Shown piece after piece: positions 45,759-54,696 of a stretch of DNA of 64,000 bases. The stretch is from the NCBI GenBank assembly GCA_937927415.1, contig CALBDS010000044.1, positions 44,404-108,403 on the forward strand, read 5' to 3'. This stretch comes from an uncultured Rhodospirillaceae bacterium. GTDB taxonomy: Bacteria > Pseudomonadota > Alphaproteobacteria > Azospirillales > Azospirillaceae. Under the pieces are notes generated by a model. The model worked only from the letters and a program-made list of their open reading frames with translations, ran no database searches and was not told the origin of the DNA. A program made the translations under genes and the position numbers. Position 1 is the first letter of the stretch, and each line of letters opens with the position of its first letter.

Positions 45759-46804
45759 TCCTCATCCTCCACATGCACGGTGCGGATGGAACGCCACAGA
45801 AGAACCGGGATGATGATGGTGAAGACGATCACTTCCTTGAACGAACTGGCCCAGAAGGACGCGAAGGCCTCCACCAGCCCCACCAGCACCGCCGCGGCGG
45901 CCCCCAGCGGGAAGCTGACCAGCCCGCCGATGATGGCGGCGACGAAGCCCTTCAGCCCCGTGAGGAAGCCGGTGTCGTAGAACACCGTGGTGACGGGGGC
46001 GATCAGCACCCCCGACAGCGCACCGATGAACGCCGCCATGGTGAAGGCGATCTGCCCGGCGGATGCGGTGGGGATGCCCACCAGCCGCGCGCCCAGCCGG
46101 TTGACCGCCGTGGCCTGCAGCGCCTTGCCGGTCAGGGTGTGGCCGAAGAAGGCCCACAGCGCCACGATCAGCGCCGCCGTCACCCCCAGCACCCACAGGC
46201 TCTGACCCGTGACCATGGCCGGGCCGATGTCGTAGGTGGCGGTGCTGAGCGGTGCGGTGCGGAACCCCTCCGCCCCGAAGAACAGCAGCCCCAGCCCGAC
46301 CAGCGCCAGATGCACGCCCACCGAGGCGATCAGCAGCACCAGCACCGACGCTTCGGCCAGCGGGCGATAGACCAGCCGGTAAAGCGACGGCCCCAGCAGC
46401 GCCACCGCCGCCAGCGTCAGCGGCACCTCCACCGCCGGTCCCCAATGGCGGGGGGCGGCGACGGCCGCCGCCGCCAGCACCGCCAGCGGCGCGCCGATGC
46501 TGACCGCCGCCCCCCGCACAAGGCGGGCGGGCCGGCGGGCGGCGGGGTCGCGGATCAGATCGTCGAGGAGGGCCGCCACCCCCAACCCCACGGCCAGCAG
46601 GGCCGTGGGTGGGATCACCCCCCGCTCGAACGCCGCCAGCGTCAGGGCGCCATAGGCGACGAATTCCCCCTGGGGGATGAAGATGACGCGGGTGATGGTG
46701 AAGACCAGCACCAGCGACAGGGCCAACAGCGCGTAGACGGCACCGTTGGTCACCCCGTCCTGCGCCAGGAACAAGACGATGGTCGAGTCCAAAACCGCCT
46801 CCAT
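45755..46804 (-). CDS. LivH-type ABC permease
   Basis: The sequence reads ...[36 protein letters not shown]...[20 protein letters not shown]... The ORF track starts at a GTG at 46810; an ATG lies at 46804. Confidence 0.9.
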   Translation of the reverse strand: MEAVLDSTIVLFLAQDGVTNGAVYALLALSLVLVFTITRVIFIPQGEFVAYGALTLAAFERGVIPPTALLAVGLGVAALLDDLIRDPAARRPARLVRGAAVSIGAPLAVLAAAAVAAPRHWGPAVEVPLTLAAVALLGPSLYRLVYRPLAEASVLVLLIASVGVHLALVGLGLLFFGAEGFRTAPLSTATYDIGPAMVTGQSLWVLGVTAALIVALWAFFGHTLTGKALQATAVNRLGARLVGIPTASAGQIAFTMAAFIGALSGVLIAPVTTVFYDTGFLTGLKGFVAAIIGGLVSFPLGAAAAVLVGLVEAFASFWASSFKEVIVFTIIIPVLLWRSIRTVHVEDEE

Positions 46805-46826
46805 GGGCACGCGGGATGCGGATGCT

Positions 46827-47990
46827 TTACTTCACCAGGTTCCAGGTGCCGTTCTCGACCTTCAGCAGCACATAGCCGCGGTAATCCAGGCCGAAGTGGT
46901 CATCCTTGGTGTAGTTGAACACCCCTTGGGAGGCGACGATCTCCCGCTCGCTTTCCAGCGCGTCGCGCAGCGCCGTGCGGAATTCCTTCGTCCCCGGCTT
47001 GGCGGTCTTCAGCGCGACCGGAACCACGCGCTTGAGCACTTGTGCCGCATCCCACACATGGGCGCCGAACTGGGCGCGGGTCTGGGGGCCGTACTTGGCC
47101 TCGTACTTGGTGACGTATTCCAGCGCCAGGGGGCGCATGGGGGTGGATTCCGGCAGCTGCTCGGCCACCATCACGGGGCCGGAGGGCAGGACCGCCCCTT
47201 CCACCGCAGCACCGCCGATGCGGATGAAGTCCTGCGTCACCGACCCGTGGGTCTGGTAGATCGGACCCTTGTACCCGCGTTCGCGCAGCGTGATGTGCGG
47301 CAAGGCCGATGCGGTGCCCGATCCGCCCACCAGCACGGCGTCGGGGCGCGCGGCCAGCAGCTTCAGCACCTGCCCGGTGACGGAGGTGTCGGCACGGGCG
47401 AAGCGTTCCTCCGCCACCACTTTCAGCCCGGCGGACGGGGCCAGCGTCTTCAGGTCGCGCAGCCAGAAATCGCCCCAGGCGTCGGCGAAGCCGATGAAAC
47501 CAACGGTCTTGACGTTGTTCTTCTTCATGTGGTCGATGACGGCCATGGCCATCAGCGTCACGTTCTGCGGCATGCGGAAGGTCCATTCGTCCTTGCCCGC
47601 CGGCAGGTCGATGGGCGACAACGCCAGATGGGGCACAGCGTTTTCCCGCGCCACCCCGGCCACCGCAATGGCCGCCCCGGTCATCACCGACCCCAGCAGC
47701 ACGTCGGCGTTCTCTTCCGTCACCAGACGGCGGGCCTGGGTGGTGGCCTGGGTGGGATCGGACGCGTCGTCCACCACCAGCAGCCGGATCTTTTCCCCGC
47801 CGATCTCTTCGGGGAACAAGGCAGCGGTGTTCTTGGCCGGAATGCCGATGGCGGCGGTCGAGCCGGTCGCCGGCACGATCAGGCCGACCGTGATGTCGGC
47901 CAGAGCCGCACCGGGCACGGCCAGCAGTGCCGCCGCCGCCAGAAGGGTACGGCGCAAACGGGTTCGGGAGAACGAACGGCGTTCGGTCAT
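46827..47990 (-). CDS. Periplasmic substrate-binding protein (LivK/type-I, aromatic-acid-binding-like)
   Basis: This is the internal ATG (M35) of ORF 46827..48092. It has a Tat/Sec-like signal, [31 protein letters not shown], followed by [23 protein letters not shown]... Confidence 0.9.
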   Translation of the reverse strand: MTERRSFSRTRLRRTLLAAAALLAVPGAALADITVGLIVPATGSTAAIGIPAKNTAALFPEEIGGEKIRLLVVDDASDPTQATTQARRLVTEENADVLLGSVMTGAAIAVAGVARENAVPHLALSPIDLPAGKDEWTFRMPQNVTLMAMAVIDHMKKNNVKTVGFIGFADAWGDFWLRDLKTLAPSAGLKVVAEERFARADTSVTGQVLKLLAARPDAVLVGGSGTASALPHITLRERGYKGPIYQTHGSVTQDFIRIGGAAVEGAVLPSGPVMVAEQLPESTPMRPLALEYVTKYEAKYGPQTRAQFGAHVWDAAQVLKRVVPVALKTAKPGTKEFRTALRDALESEREIVASQGVFNYTKDDHFGLDYRGYVLLKVENGTWNLVK

Positions 47991-48090
47991 CAGGGGTTTC
48001 CTCCACGCGATTGTCGGATTGTTTTTGTGCAGATGCGGCGCCGGAAAGCAGAGGCGCGGGGATCGATGGTCCGCCGTCGTTGCAGCGGCC

Positions 48091-48117
48091 ATAACTGTTA
48101 TTGTTTATAACAGTTAT
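48091..48117. promoter_or_regulatory. Candidate MarR operator (site C) upstream of the ABC importer operon
   Basis: ATAACTGTTAT-TGTTT-ATAACAGTTAT has perfect 11-bp arms and the core TGTTAT-N5-ATAACA. It is centred 114 bp upstream of the SBP ATG and just downstream of the P450-operon terminator. Confidence 0.5.
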
Positions 48118-48169
48118 GCTCAGTCCCGTAAAGACGGGTTATGACCGTATGGGCGGAATAAAAGGCCGG

Positions 48170-48209
48170 AAAAAACAAAAAAGCCCCCTTCCCGATCAGG
48201 AAGGGGGCT
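48170..48209 (-). terminator. Rho-independent terminator of the P450-ferredoxin-reductase operon
   Basis: On the minus strand, AGCCCCCTTCC-TGATCG-GGAAGGGGGCT is followed by TTTTTTGTTTTTT. Confidence 0.75.
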
Positions 48210-48233
48210 GCCGAAGGAATGGGCGGCATGGCC

Positions 48234-49475
48234 TTACCGCGCCAGCGCGGCCAGTTGGACAGTCTCGTCGGACACCTGTTCCGGCGTCACCGGAACCCGC
48301 TTGTCCAGAAGCTTGCGCCCGGTCATGTGGTCGGGCGGACGGTTGACCGAATCGATGGCGATCAGGGCGCCGTCGCGGAAATAGAACACCGAGAAACGCC
48401 GCTCGGCGGGCACCCCGCGCACCACGGTGCGGTCATGGCCGGCAGACAGGCCGACCATCTGCAGCTTCACGTCATACTGATCGGACCAGAACCACGGCAC
48501 GGCGGTGAAGGGGCGCTCGTGCCCCATCAGGGATGCCGCCGCCGCCTTGCCCTGCTCCACCGCGTTCTGCACCGATTCCAGCCGGCGGGGGGCGGCTCCC
48601 TCGGCCACGCGGACCGTGCAGTCGCCGACGGCGACGATGCGCGGATCGTGGGTGCGGGCGCAGTCGTCCACGATGATGCCCCGGTCGCACGCCAGCCCGG
48701 CGGCCACCGCCAGATCGTCGTTGGGGATCACCCCGATCCCGGCCACCACCGCGTCGGCGGGGTACACGGTGCCGTCCGCGGTGCGCACGGCGGTGACCTT
48801 CCCGCCGCTGCCCTCCAGCGCCACCACCTGCGCCCCCAGCACCACATCGACACCATGGGAACGGTGCAGATCGGCGTAGAAGTCGGAGACGAAGGGGGCC
48901 ACCACCCGCGCCATCAGCCGGTCGGCCGCTTCCAGCACCGTCACCGCACGCCCGCGCTTGCGGGCCGAGGCCGCAACCTCCAACCCGATGAAGCCGCCGC
49001 CGATGACCACCACCCGCTCGGCGGTATCCAGGGCTGCGCCGATGCGGTGGGCATCGTCAAGGGTGCGCAGGCCGAACACACCCTCCAGATCCGCACCCGG
49101 AACCGGCAGCGGCCGGACCCGTGCGCCCGTGGCCAGCGCCAGCCCGTCATAGGACAGGCTCCGCCCGTCATCCAGCAGCACCGCCGGCACCGCCCGGTCG
49201 ATGGACGATACCCGCACGCCGGTCAGCAGCGTGATCCGCTGGCGTTCGAAGAAGTCCAGCCCGCGGATGCCGAGTTGGGCGTCCGTCATCTCCCCGTTCA
49301 GCAACGCCTTGGACAGGGGGGGACGGTGGTAGGGCGGCTGGGTTTCGTCGCCGATCAGGGTGATGGGGCCGGTCCAGCCCTCCGCCCGCAGGGATTCCGC
49401 CACCTGCAGGCCACCCTGCCCGGCACCGACGATCACCATGCCGCCGATGCCGGTTGCGCTCGCGGCCGGGGCCAT
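48234..49475 (-). CDS. FAD-dependent ferredoxin-NAD(P)+ reductase (putidaredoxin-reductase-like)
   Basis: The sequence reads VIVGAGQGGLQVAESLR...PPYHRPPLSK...VVVIGGGFIGLEVAA...VGDC...WFWSDQYD. Confidence 0.9.
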   Translation of the reverse strand: MAPAASATGIGGMVIVGAGQGGLQVAESLRAEGWTGPITLIGDETQPPYHRPPLSKALLNGEMTDAQLGIRGLDFFERQRITLLTGVRVSSIDRAVPAVLLDDGRSLSYDGLALATGARVRPLPVPGADLEGVFGLRTLDDAHRIGAALDTAERVVVIGGGFIGLEVAASARKRGRAVTVLEAADRLMARVVAPFVSDFYADLHRSHGVDVVLGAQVVALEGSGGKVTAVRTADGTVYPADAVVAGIGVIPNDDLAVAAGLACDRGIIVDDCARTHDPRIVAVGDCTVRVAEGAAPRRLESVQNAVEQGKAAAASLMGHERPFTAVPWFWSDQYDVKLQMVGLSAGHDRTVVRGVPAERRFSVFYFRDGALIAIDSVNRPPDHMTGRKLLDKRVPVTPEQVSDETVQLAALAR

Positions 49476-49798
49476 CAGCTTTGCGTCTCGGGCAGGTGGA
49501 GCGTCATGCCGTCAAGCTCCGGCGTCACCTTGATCTGGCAGGACAGGCGGCTGTTGGGCTTCCGTTCGGAGGAGGTGCATTCCAGCATCTCCTCCTCCGT
49601 CTGGGTCGGGGCCGGCAGGCTGCCGGCGAAGGACTCATCCACATAGCAATGGCAGGTGGCGCAGGCGCACGAGCCGCCGCATTCGCCCTCGATCCCATCG
49701 ACGCCGTTCTGCACGGCGCCCTGCATCACGGTCCAGCCGGTGGGGATGTCCACCACCTGCTCCGCACCGTCGTGGGAAATGAACGTGATCTTGGCCAT
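49475..49798 (-). CDS. [2Fe-2S] ferredoxin, adrenodoxin/putidaredoxin type, 107 aa
   Basis: This is the internal ATG with AGGAAGGAA upstream. The cluster motif is ECGGSCACATCHCYV...LSCQI. Its stop overlaps the reductase ATG (TGATG). Confidence 0.9.
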   Translation of the reverse strand: MAKITFISHDGAEQVVDIPTGWTVMQGAVQNGVDGIEGECGGSCACATCHCYVDESFAGSLPAPTQTEEEMLECTSSERKPNSRLSCQIKVTPELDGMTLHLPETQS

Positions 49799-49841
49799 GG
49801 GGATGATTCCTTCCTCAACTCTCGTGATTTTTCTTGTGCTC

Positions 49842-51005
49842 TCAGCCCACCGCCAGTTCGAGCCGGGTCGGGCTGCGGAACGTGGTGGAGGACATCCAGG
49901 GCAACTGATCCTGGACACGGGTGAAATCGGGCACGCGCTTCAGCAGTTCCTCGAACGCCACCTTGGACGCCAGCCGGGCAAAGGCGGTGCCGAGGCAGGC
50001 ATGGACGCCGCCGCCGAAGCCCAGATGCCCCTTGGGCTTGCGGGTGATGTCGTAGATATGGGCGTTGGGGAACCGGCGGTCGTCGCGGTTGCCGGAGCCA
50101 TAGGCCAGACAGACGAAATCGCCCTGGCGCATCACCTGCCCGTGCAACTCCACATCACGCTGCAGACAGCGGCGGAACCGCTGGGCCGAGGTGTTGTAGC
50201 GCAGGGATTCTTCCATGGCGTCGGCGACCAGTGCCGGGTTGGCCACCAACTGGCGGCGCGCATCGGGATGGTCCGCCAGATTGTAGGCGAACATGGTCAG
50301 GAAGCCCGACAGGGATTCGATGCCGGCCATGATGAGCGTGGTGATGGTCATCTGCACCTCGCGGTCGGCCAGCTTCTCCCCGTCCACCTCGGCGTTGATG
50401 AGGGCGGTGATGAGATCGTCGCCCGGCTCCACCTTGCGCAGTTCCACCAGCGACTTGGCGTAATCGCTCATCCACTGGAAGGCCGCCAGGTGCTCCGGCC
50501 CCTTCTGGCGGGTGGCGGGGTCCGACTGGACCATCAGCACCGCCTTGTCGCGGACCATCTTTTCGTTTTCGCGCGGCAGGTTGAACAGGCCGAACAGAAC
50601 GTCCACCGTCACCTTGCTGGAAAACTGGCTGACGAAATCGAAGGTCTTTTCGCCCTGGATGGCGTCCAGCGCCCGGTTGGCCGAGGCACGCACCGGCTCG
50701 TTCAGCCCTTCCACCGCCTTCTTGGTGAAAGCGAACTGCACCAAACCGCGCAGGCGGTCGTGACGGGGCGGATCGGTGGTGCCCAGGGTGGCCCCGGCGC
50801 GGTTGGGCATTTCATCCATCAGATTCCCCCGCGCGGAGGAATAGGTTTCCCAGTCGTTCAGCGCCGTCACGATGTCGTCGTACCGCGACAGAACCCACAT
50901 GTTGGCCTCTTCCGACCAGAAGCACGGGTATTCGTCACGCAGCGTCTTGTAAAACGGAAAGGGATCGGCATCCACCGCCGGGGAATAGGGGTCGAAACGG
51001 AACAT
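49842..51005 (-). CDS. Cytochrome P450 (class I, three-component), 387 aa
   Basis: This is the internal ATG (M18) with GGAGGA upstream. It has the I-helix TLIMAGIESL, the ExxR motif EESLRY and the heme loop FGGGVHACLG. Confidence 0.9.
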   Translation of the reverse strand: MFRFDPYSPAVDADPFPFYKTLRDEYPCFWSEEANMWVLSRYDDIVTALNDWETYSSARGNLMDEMPNRAGATLGTTDPPRHDRLRGLVQFAFTKKAVEGLNEPVRASANRALDAIQGEKTFDFVSQFSSKVTVDVLFGLFNLPRENEKMVRDKAVLMVQSDPATRQKGPEHLAAFQWMSDYAKSLVELRKVEPGDDLITALINAEVDGEKLADREVQMTITTLIMAGIESLSGFLTMFAYNLADHPDARRQLVANPALVADAMEESLRYNTSAQRFRRCLQRDVELHGQVMRQGDFVCLAYGSGNRDDRRFPNAHIYDITRKPKGHLGFGGGVHACLGTAFARLASKVAFEELLKRVPDFTRVQDQLPWMSSTTFRSPTRLELAVG

Positions 51006-51224
51006 GGGCGTTGATCCTCCGCGGCACCCGCCGCATCGCCTCGGGCCGGGTGCCATGTGGTCTTTTTGGAAAATTTCGGGGGGCGGGACATCTCTTTCCG
51101 GTCGTCGCTGCGCCCGTCGTGGGACAGAGAATGCCCCAGAACCGGGCCGCCGGAAATGGACGAAGGGGCAAAAAAATTGTACTATTCAGGCAAAATCGGA
51201 TCGGGGAAGATAAGGGGGCGATGG

Positions 51225-52148
51225 ATGACGACCATGCTGCACCGCGCAACGACGGCGTGGGATGCCGACGGCGTGCCGCTCTACGCGCTCTATGGGGAGG
51301 AGGCGCGCAACACCGACGCCGAATTCATCCATATCGAGGACATCCAAAGCCGCAGCCATCTCTATGACTGGGGGATCGGGCTGCACACCCACCGGGGCCT
51401 GTTCCAGCTTGTGGTGATGCAGGACGGGGGTGCCCGGGTGCAACTGGACGGTCGGATCATCGACGCCGCCGCCCCTTGCGCGGTGGTGGTGCCGCCGGCG
51501 GTGGTGCATTCCTTCCAGTTCCGTCCCGGCACGCAAGGGGTGGTGCTGACGGTGGCCGAAGCCCTGCTGTTCGACGGTGCCAGCCCGCGCAGCCGACCGC
51601 TGTTCGAGGCGCTGTTCGTGTCCCCGTGCGTGCTGGATCTGGGCGGGGATGCCCAGGGAATGCGGCGTATGACGGCCCTTTTGGACCATCTGATGATGGA
51701 ATTCCGCTGGCCGCAGATGGGCCGCGATCTGATGTGCGAATGGCTGGTGCGGGGGGTTCTGGTGCTGCTGGAACGGCACCGGGCGGCGGCGCACGGCCCG
51801 TCATCGGCGCCGGAGCGGGTGCGCACCGAACTGTTCGCCCGCTTTCGCGCTCTGGTGGAAGCGCACTTCACCGAACACTGGCTGGTGCCCCGCTACGCCG
51901 ACGAATTGGGCATCACGGAATCGCGGCTGAACCGGCTGTGCCGGCAGCTTGTCGATCGGTCGGCGTTCGAGGTGGTGCAGGACCGGCTGTTGCTGGAAGC
52001 GCGTCGGCGGCTGATCTACATCGCCGCCCCTGTGTCGCTGATCGCCTATGAACTGGGGTTTCAGGACCCCGCGTATTTCAACCGATTCTTCAAAAAGCTC
52101 ACGGGAAAAACCCCCGCGGCCTTTCGCAGGCAAGCGCGGGGGGAGTGA
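51225..52148 (+). CDS. AraC-family transcriptional regulator (cupin-like sensor plus HTH), divergent from the P450 operon
   Basis: This is the internal ATG with AAGGGGG upstream. The C-terminal double HTH reads ...YADELGITESRLNRLCRQL...IAYELGFQDPAYFNRFFKKLTGKTPAAFR. Confidence 0.85.
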   Translation: MTTMLHRATTAWDADGVPLYALYGEEARNTDAEFIHIEDIQSRSHLYDWGIGLHTHRGLFQLVVMQDGGARVQLDGRIIDAAAPCAVVVPPAVVHSFQFRPGTQGVVLTVAEALLFDGASPRSRPLFEALFVSPCVLDLGGDAQGMRRMTALLDHLMMEFRWPQMGRDLMCEWLVRGVLVLLERHRAAAHGPSSAPERVRTELFARFRALVEAHFTEHWLVPRYADELGITESRLNRLCRQLVDRSAFEVVQDRLLLEARRRLIYIAAPVSLIAYELGFQDPAYFNRFFKKLTGKTPAAFRRQARGE

Positions 52149-52231
52149 GGGGAAGAATGTACAATTCGGACGTCAGCCACCATCCCCCCCCGCCGGATCA
52201 GAGCGAGGGGGTAACACCGTCAGGCCACTTG

Positions 52232-52406
52232 ACCCTCTCCCCGCCGGGGAGAGGGTTGGGTGAGGGCCGGAGGTCGCGCGTCAGCCCGACATCCGTTGCG
52301 AAGCAACTCCAAATCTAAAATTTGAAGAGCCTGGCGGCTCGATTTTCGGGCATCCTGCGCGAAAATCGGCCCTCACCCCGGCCCTCTCCCGGGGCGGGAG
52401 AGGGAG
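52232..52406. repeat. Pair of inverted REP-type elements (BIME/MITE-like)
   Basis: ACCCTCTCCCCGCCGGGGAGAGGGTTGGGTGAGGGCCGG lies at 52232-52270. The inverted counterpart CGGCCCTCACCCCGGCCCTCTCCCGGGGCGGGAGAGGG lies at 52368-52406. They flank about 97 bp that contains a further 8-bp inverted repeat, GATTTTCG...CGAAAATC. Confidence 0.6.
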
Positions 52407-52476
52407 AGGTTTTGCCTCTGCAACCCAACGTCTTGTCCCCTTCCGCCCCGTCAGCGGAAGGGGCACGCCGTCCAGA

Positions 52477-53319
52477 TCAGACGGCGTTCTCCAGCACCAG
52501 CAGACCAGCACCGGTGTTGGAAATCGGGATGTGATAGTTGCTGTGCACCTTGGACACGGTGCCGGTCATGGTGCCGCGCATGATGAGCCACAGGATCAGC
52601 TCGGCCCCCTGGGCGCCGGCCAGACGCACCAGATCGTGGATGGAATAGCGGGTCAGCGCCTCGGGATCGCTGACGATCTTTTCCATGCACATCAGGTCGA
52701 ATTCCTTGTTGATGAATCCGGCCCGCTGGCCGTCGAGCTGGTGCGACAGCCCGCCGGTGCCCAGAACCACCACCTTCAGATCCTTGGGGAACGACGCCAC
52801 CGCACGGCCGATCGCCTGCCCCAGCTTGAAGCAGCGGGCCGGGGTCGGCAGCGGGTGCTGCACCGTGTTCACCGCCACCGGGATCGACTTCACGGCCATC
52901 TTGGAACGGTCCGGCCACATCAGCGACATGGGCACGGTAAACCCGTGGTCCACCAGCATTTCCTGGCACGAGCAAATGTCGAACTCGTCCGCCACCAGCG
53001 AATTGATGATGTGCCACGACAGTTCCGGGTCACCCTGATAGGGGGGCAGCGGCTGCAGGCCCCAGCCTTCATCGTCGTTGGTGTACTGCGGTGCCGCACC
53101 GATGGCGAAGGTGGGCATCTTGTCGAGGAAGAAGTTCAGGCCGTGGTCGTTGTAGACGACGATGGCCACGTCGGGCTTCACCTCGTCCAGCCATTCCCGC
53201 GCGCGGGGATAGCCGTCGAAGAACGGCTTCCAGTACGGATCTTCGAACAGTTCCCGCGAGATGGCGTTGCCGATCGCCGGGATGTGAGAGGTGGTGATAC
53301 CGCCAACGATGCGTGCCAT
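52477..53319 (-). CDS. ligB: Protocatechuate 4,5-dioxygenase, beta subunit
   Basis: The sequence MARIVGGITTSHIPAIGNAI...VVYNDHGLNFF...PTFAIGAA...VDHGFTVP...LGTGGLSHQL closely matches the LigB/PmdB pattern. Confidence 0.95.
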   Translation of the reverse strand: MARIVGGITTSHIPAIGNAISRELFEDPYWKPFFDGYPRAREWLDEVKPDVAIVVYNDHGLNFFLDKMPTFAIGAAPQYTNDDEGWGLQPLPPYQGDPELSWHIINSLVADEFDICSCQEMLVDHGFTVPMSLMWPDRSKMAVKSIPVAVNTVQHPLPTPARCFKLGQAIGRAVASFPKDLKVVVLGTGGLSHQLDGQRAGFINKEFDLMCMEKIVSDPEALTRYSIHDLVRLAGAQGAELILWLIMRGTMTGTVSKVHSNYHIPISNTGAGLLVLENAV

Positions 53320-53323
53320 GATC

Positions 53324-53677
53324 TCAGTGCCCCGCCGCCACGAGTTTCGCCTTGAATTCCTCGACCGACATGCCGGTCTGCTGCGCGCCGATGTCCTGCA
53401 CGTTCAGCCCCAGCATGCCGATGAATTTCGCCAGATAGTAGATGTTGCCGCCGTTATCGAGCAGGGCCAGGACGTTGCGTTCCTTGATGGCCTTGGTCTG
53501 TTCCGGCGTCAGGCCGAATTTCGCGCAATAGGCGTCTTCGTCGGCCAGAAATTCCTGCCGTCCGGCAGCGCCGTTGAAAGTGTAGCACATCTTGTTGAGC
53601 GCATAGCCTTTGACGGCCATGGCCCCGTCGAAGATGATGGTGCCGGGGATCGGCTCCAGCGTCTTGGCAGGTTCCAT
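53324..53677 (-). CDS. ligA: Protocatechuate 4,5-dioxygenase, alpha subunit
   Basis: This is the internal ATG with GGAGGA upstream. The sequence reads ...PGTIIFDGAMAVKGYALNKMCYTFNGAAGRQEFLADEDAYCAKFGLTPEQTKAIKERNVLALL... It ends 4 nt upstream of ligB. Confidence 0.9.
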   Translation of the reverse strand: MEPAKTLEPIPGTIIFDGAMAVKGYALNKMCYTFNGAAGRQEFLADEDAYCAKFGLTPEQTKAIKERNVLALLDNGGNIYYLAKFIGMLGLNVQDIGAQQTGMSVEEFKAKLVAAGH

Positions 53678-53794
53678 AACGTTTCCTCCGGTGTGTGGTT
53701 CTTTTGTCCCAGGGCCGCGACGGCGGCCCCGCGGGCACATGCCCGTGGAAGCCAAGCGGGCGGATGCCCGCGCCGGCACTTGAGGCCGATGATA

Positions 53795-54670
53795 TTAAAT
53801 ATTCCAGTAAAGCCGCATCGGGTTGTCGATGAGAAGGGCTTTCTGCTTCTCTTCGGTGGTGGCGATGCGCGGGATCACATCCACCAGATGCCCGTCGTCG
53901 GGCATGTGGGATTTCATGTTCGGGTGCGGCCAGTCGGTGCCCCACAGCACGCGGTCGGGGAAGGTATCGACCAGCGTGCGGGCAAACGGCACCACGTCGT
54001 CATAGGACGGCGGGCCTTGCAGGCTCAGGCGTTCGGGGCAGCTTACCTTGCTCCACAAGGTGGGCAGGTCGTGCATCAGCCCGACGAAACGCTGGAAATC
54101 GGGGTGGTCCACCCCCTTGGCAATGTCGGGGCGGCCCATGTGGTCCACCACCACGGTGGTGGGAAGCTGCTTGATAAAGGGGATCAGCCCTTCCAGATCC
54201 TGCGCTTCGAAATAGACGACGATGTGCCAGCCGAATTTCGCGATTTTTTCGGCAATGCCGAGGAAGACCTCTTTCGGCGTGGAGTCCACCAGCCGCTTGA
54301 CGAAGTTGAAGCGCACGCCGCGCACCCCGGCCTCGTGCATCTCCGCCAGTTCACCCTCAGTCACATTCGGCCCGACCGAGGCCACACCGCGGGCCATGCC
54401 GTTGGAGGCCTTCAGCGCATCCACCAGCGCGCGGTTATCGCGGCCGTGACAGGTGGCCTGAACGATCACGTTCCGCTCAAAGCCCAGAAAGTCGCGCAGC
54501 GCGAACAGCTTTTCCTTGGGCGCGTCGCAGGGCGTGTATTTGCGTTCCGGCGCATAGGGGAAAACGTCGCCGGGGCCGAACACGTGGCAATGGGCATCGA
54601 CCGATCCGGGCGGCGGGCGATAGGCCGGCTTGCTGGGATTGGGGTGGAACGGCAGGTAATCGGCGTCCAT
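53795..54670 (-). CDS. ligI: 2-pyrone-4,6-dicarboxylate hydrolase
   Basis: The sequence reads ...PPGSVDAHCHVFGP...KYTPCDAPKE...NVIVQATCHG...GVRFNF...DHMGRPD...LWGTDWPHP, which is LigI-type amidohydrolase without metal. Confidence 0.9.
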   Translation of the reverse strand: MDADYLPFHPNPSKPAYRPPPGSVDAHCHVFGPGDVFPYAPERKYTPCDAPKEKLFALRDFLGFERNVIVQATCHGRDNRALVDALKASNGMARGVASVGPNVTEGELAEMHEAGVRGVRFNFVKRLVDSTPKEVFLGIAEKIAKFGWHIVVYFEAQDLEGLIPFIKQLPTTVVVDHMGRPDIAKGVDHPDFQRFVGLMHDLPTLWSKVSCPERLSLQGPPSYDDVVPFARTLVDTFPDRVLWGTDWPHPNMKSHMPDDGHLVDVIPRIATTEEKQKALLIDNPMRLYWNI

Positions 54671-54696
54671 GGATAGTCCCTTCTCAAAAACCGGGA

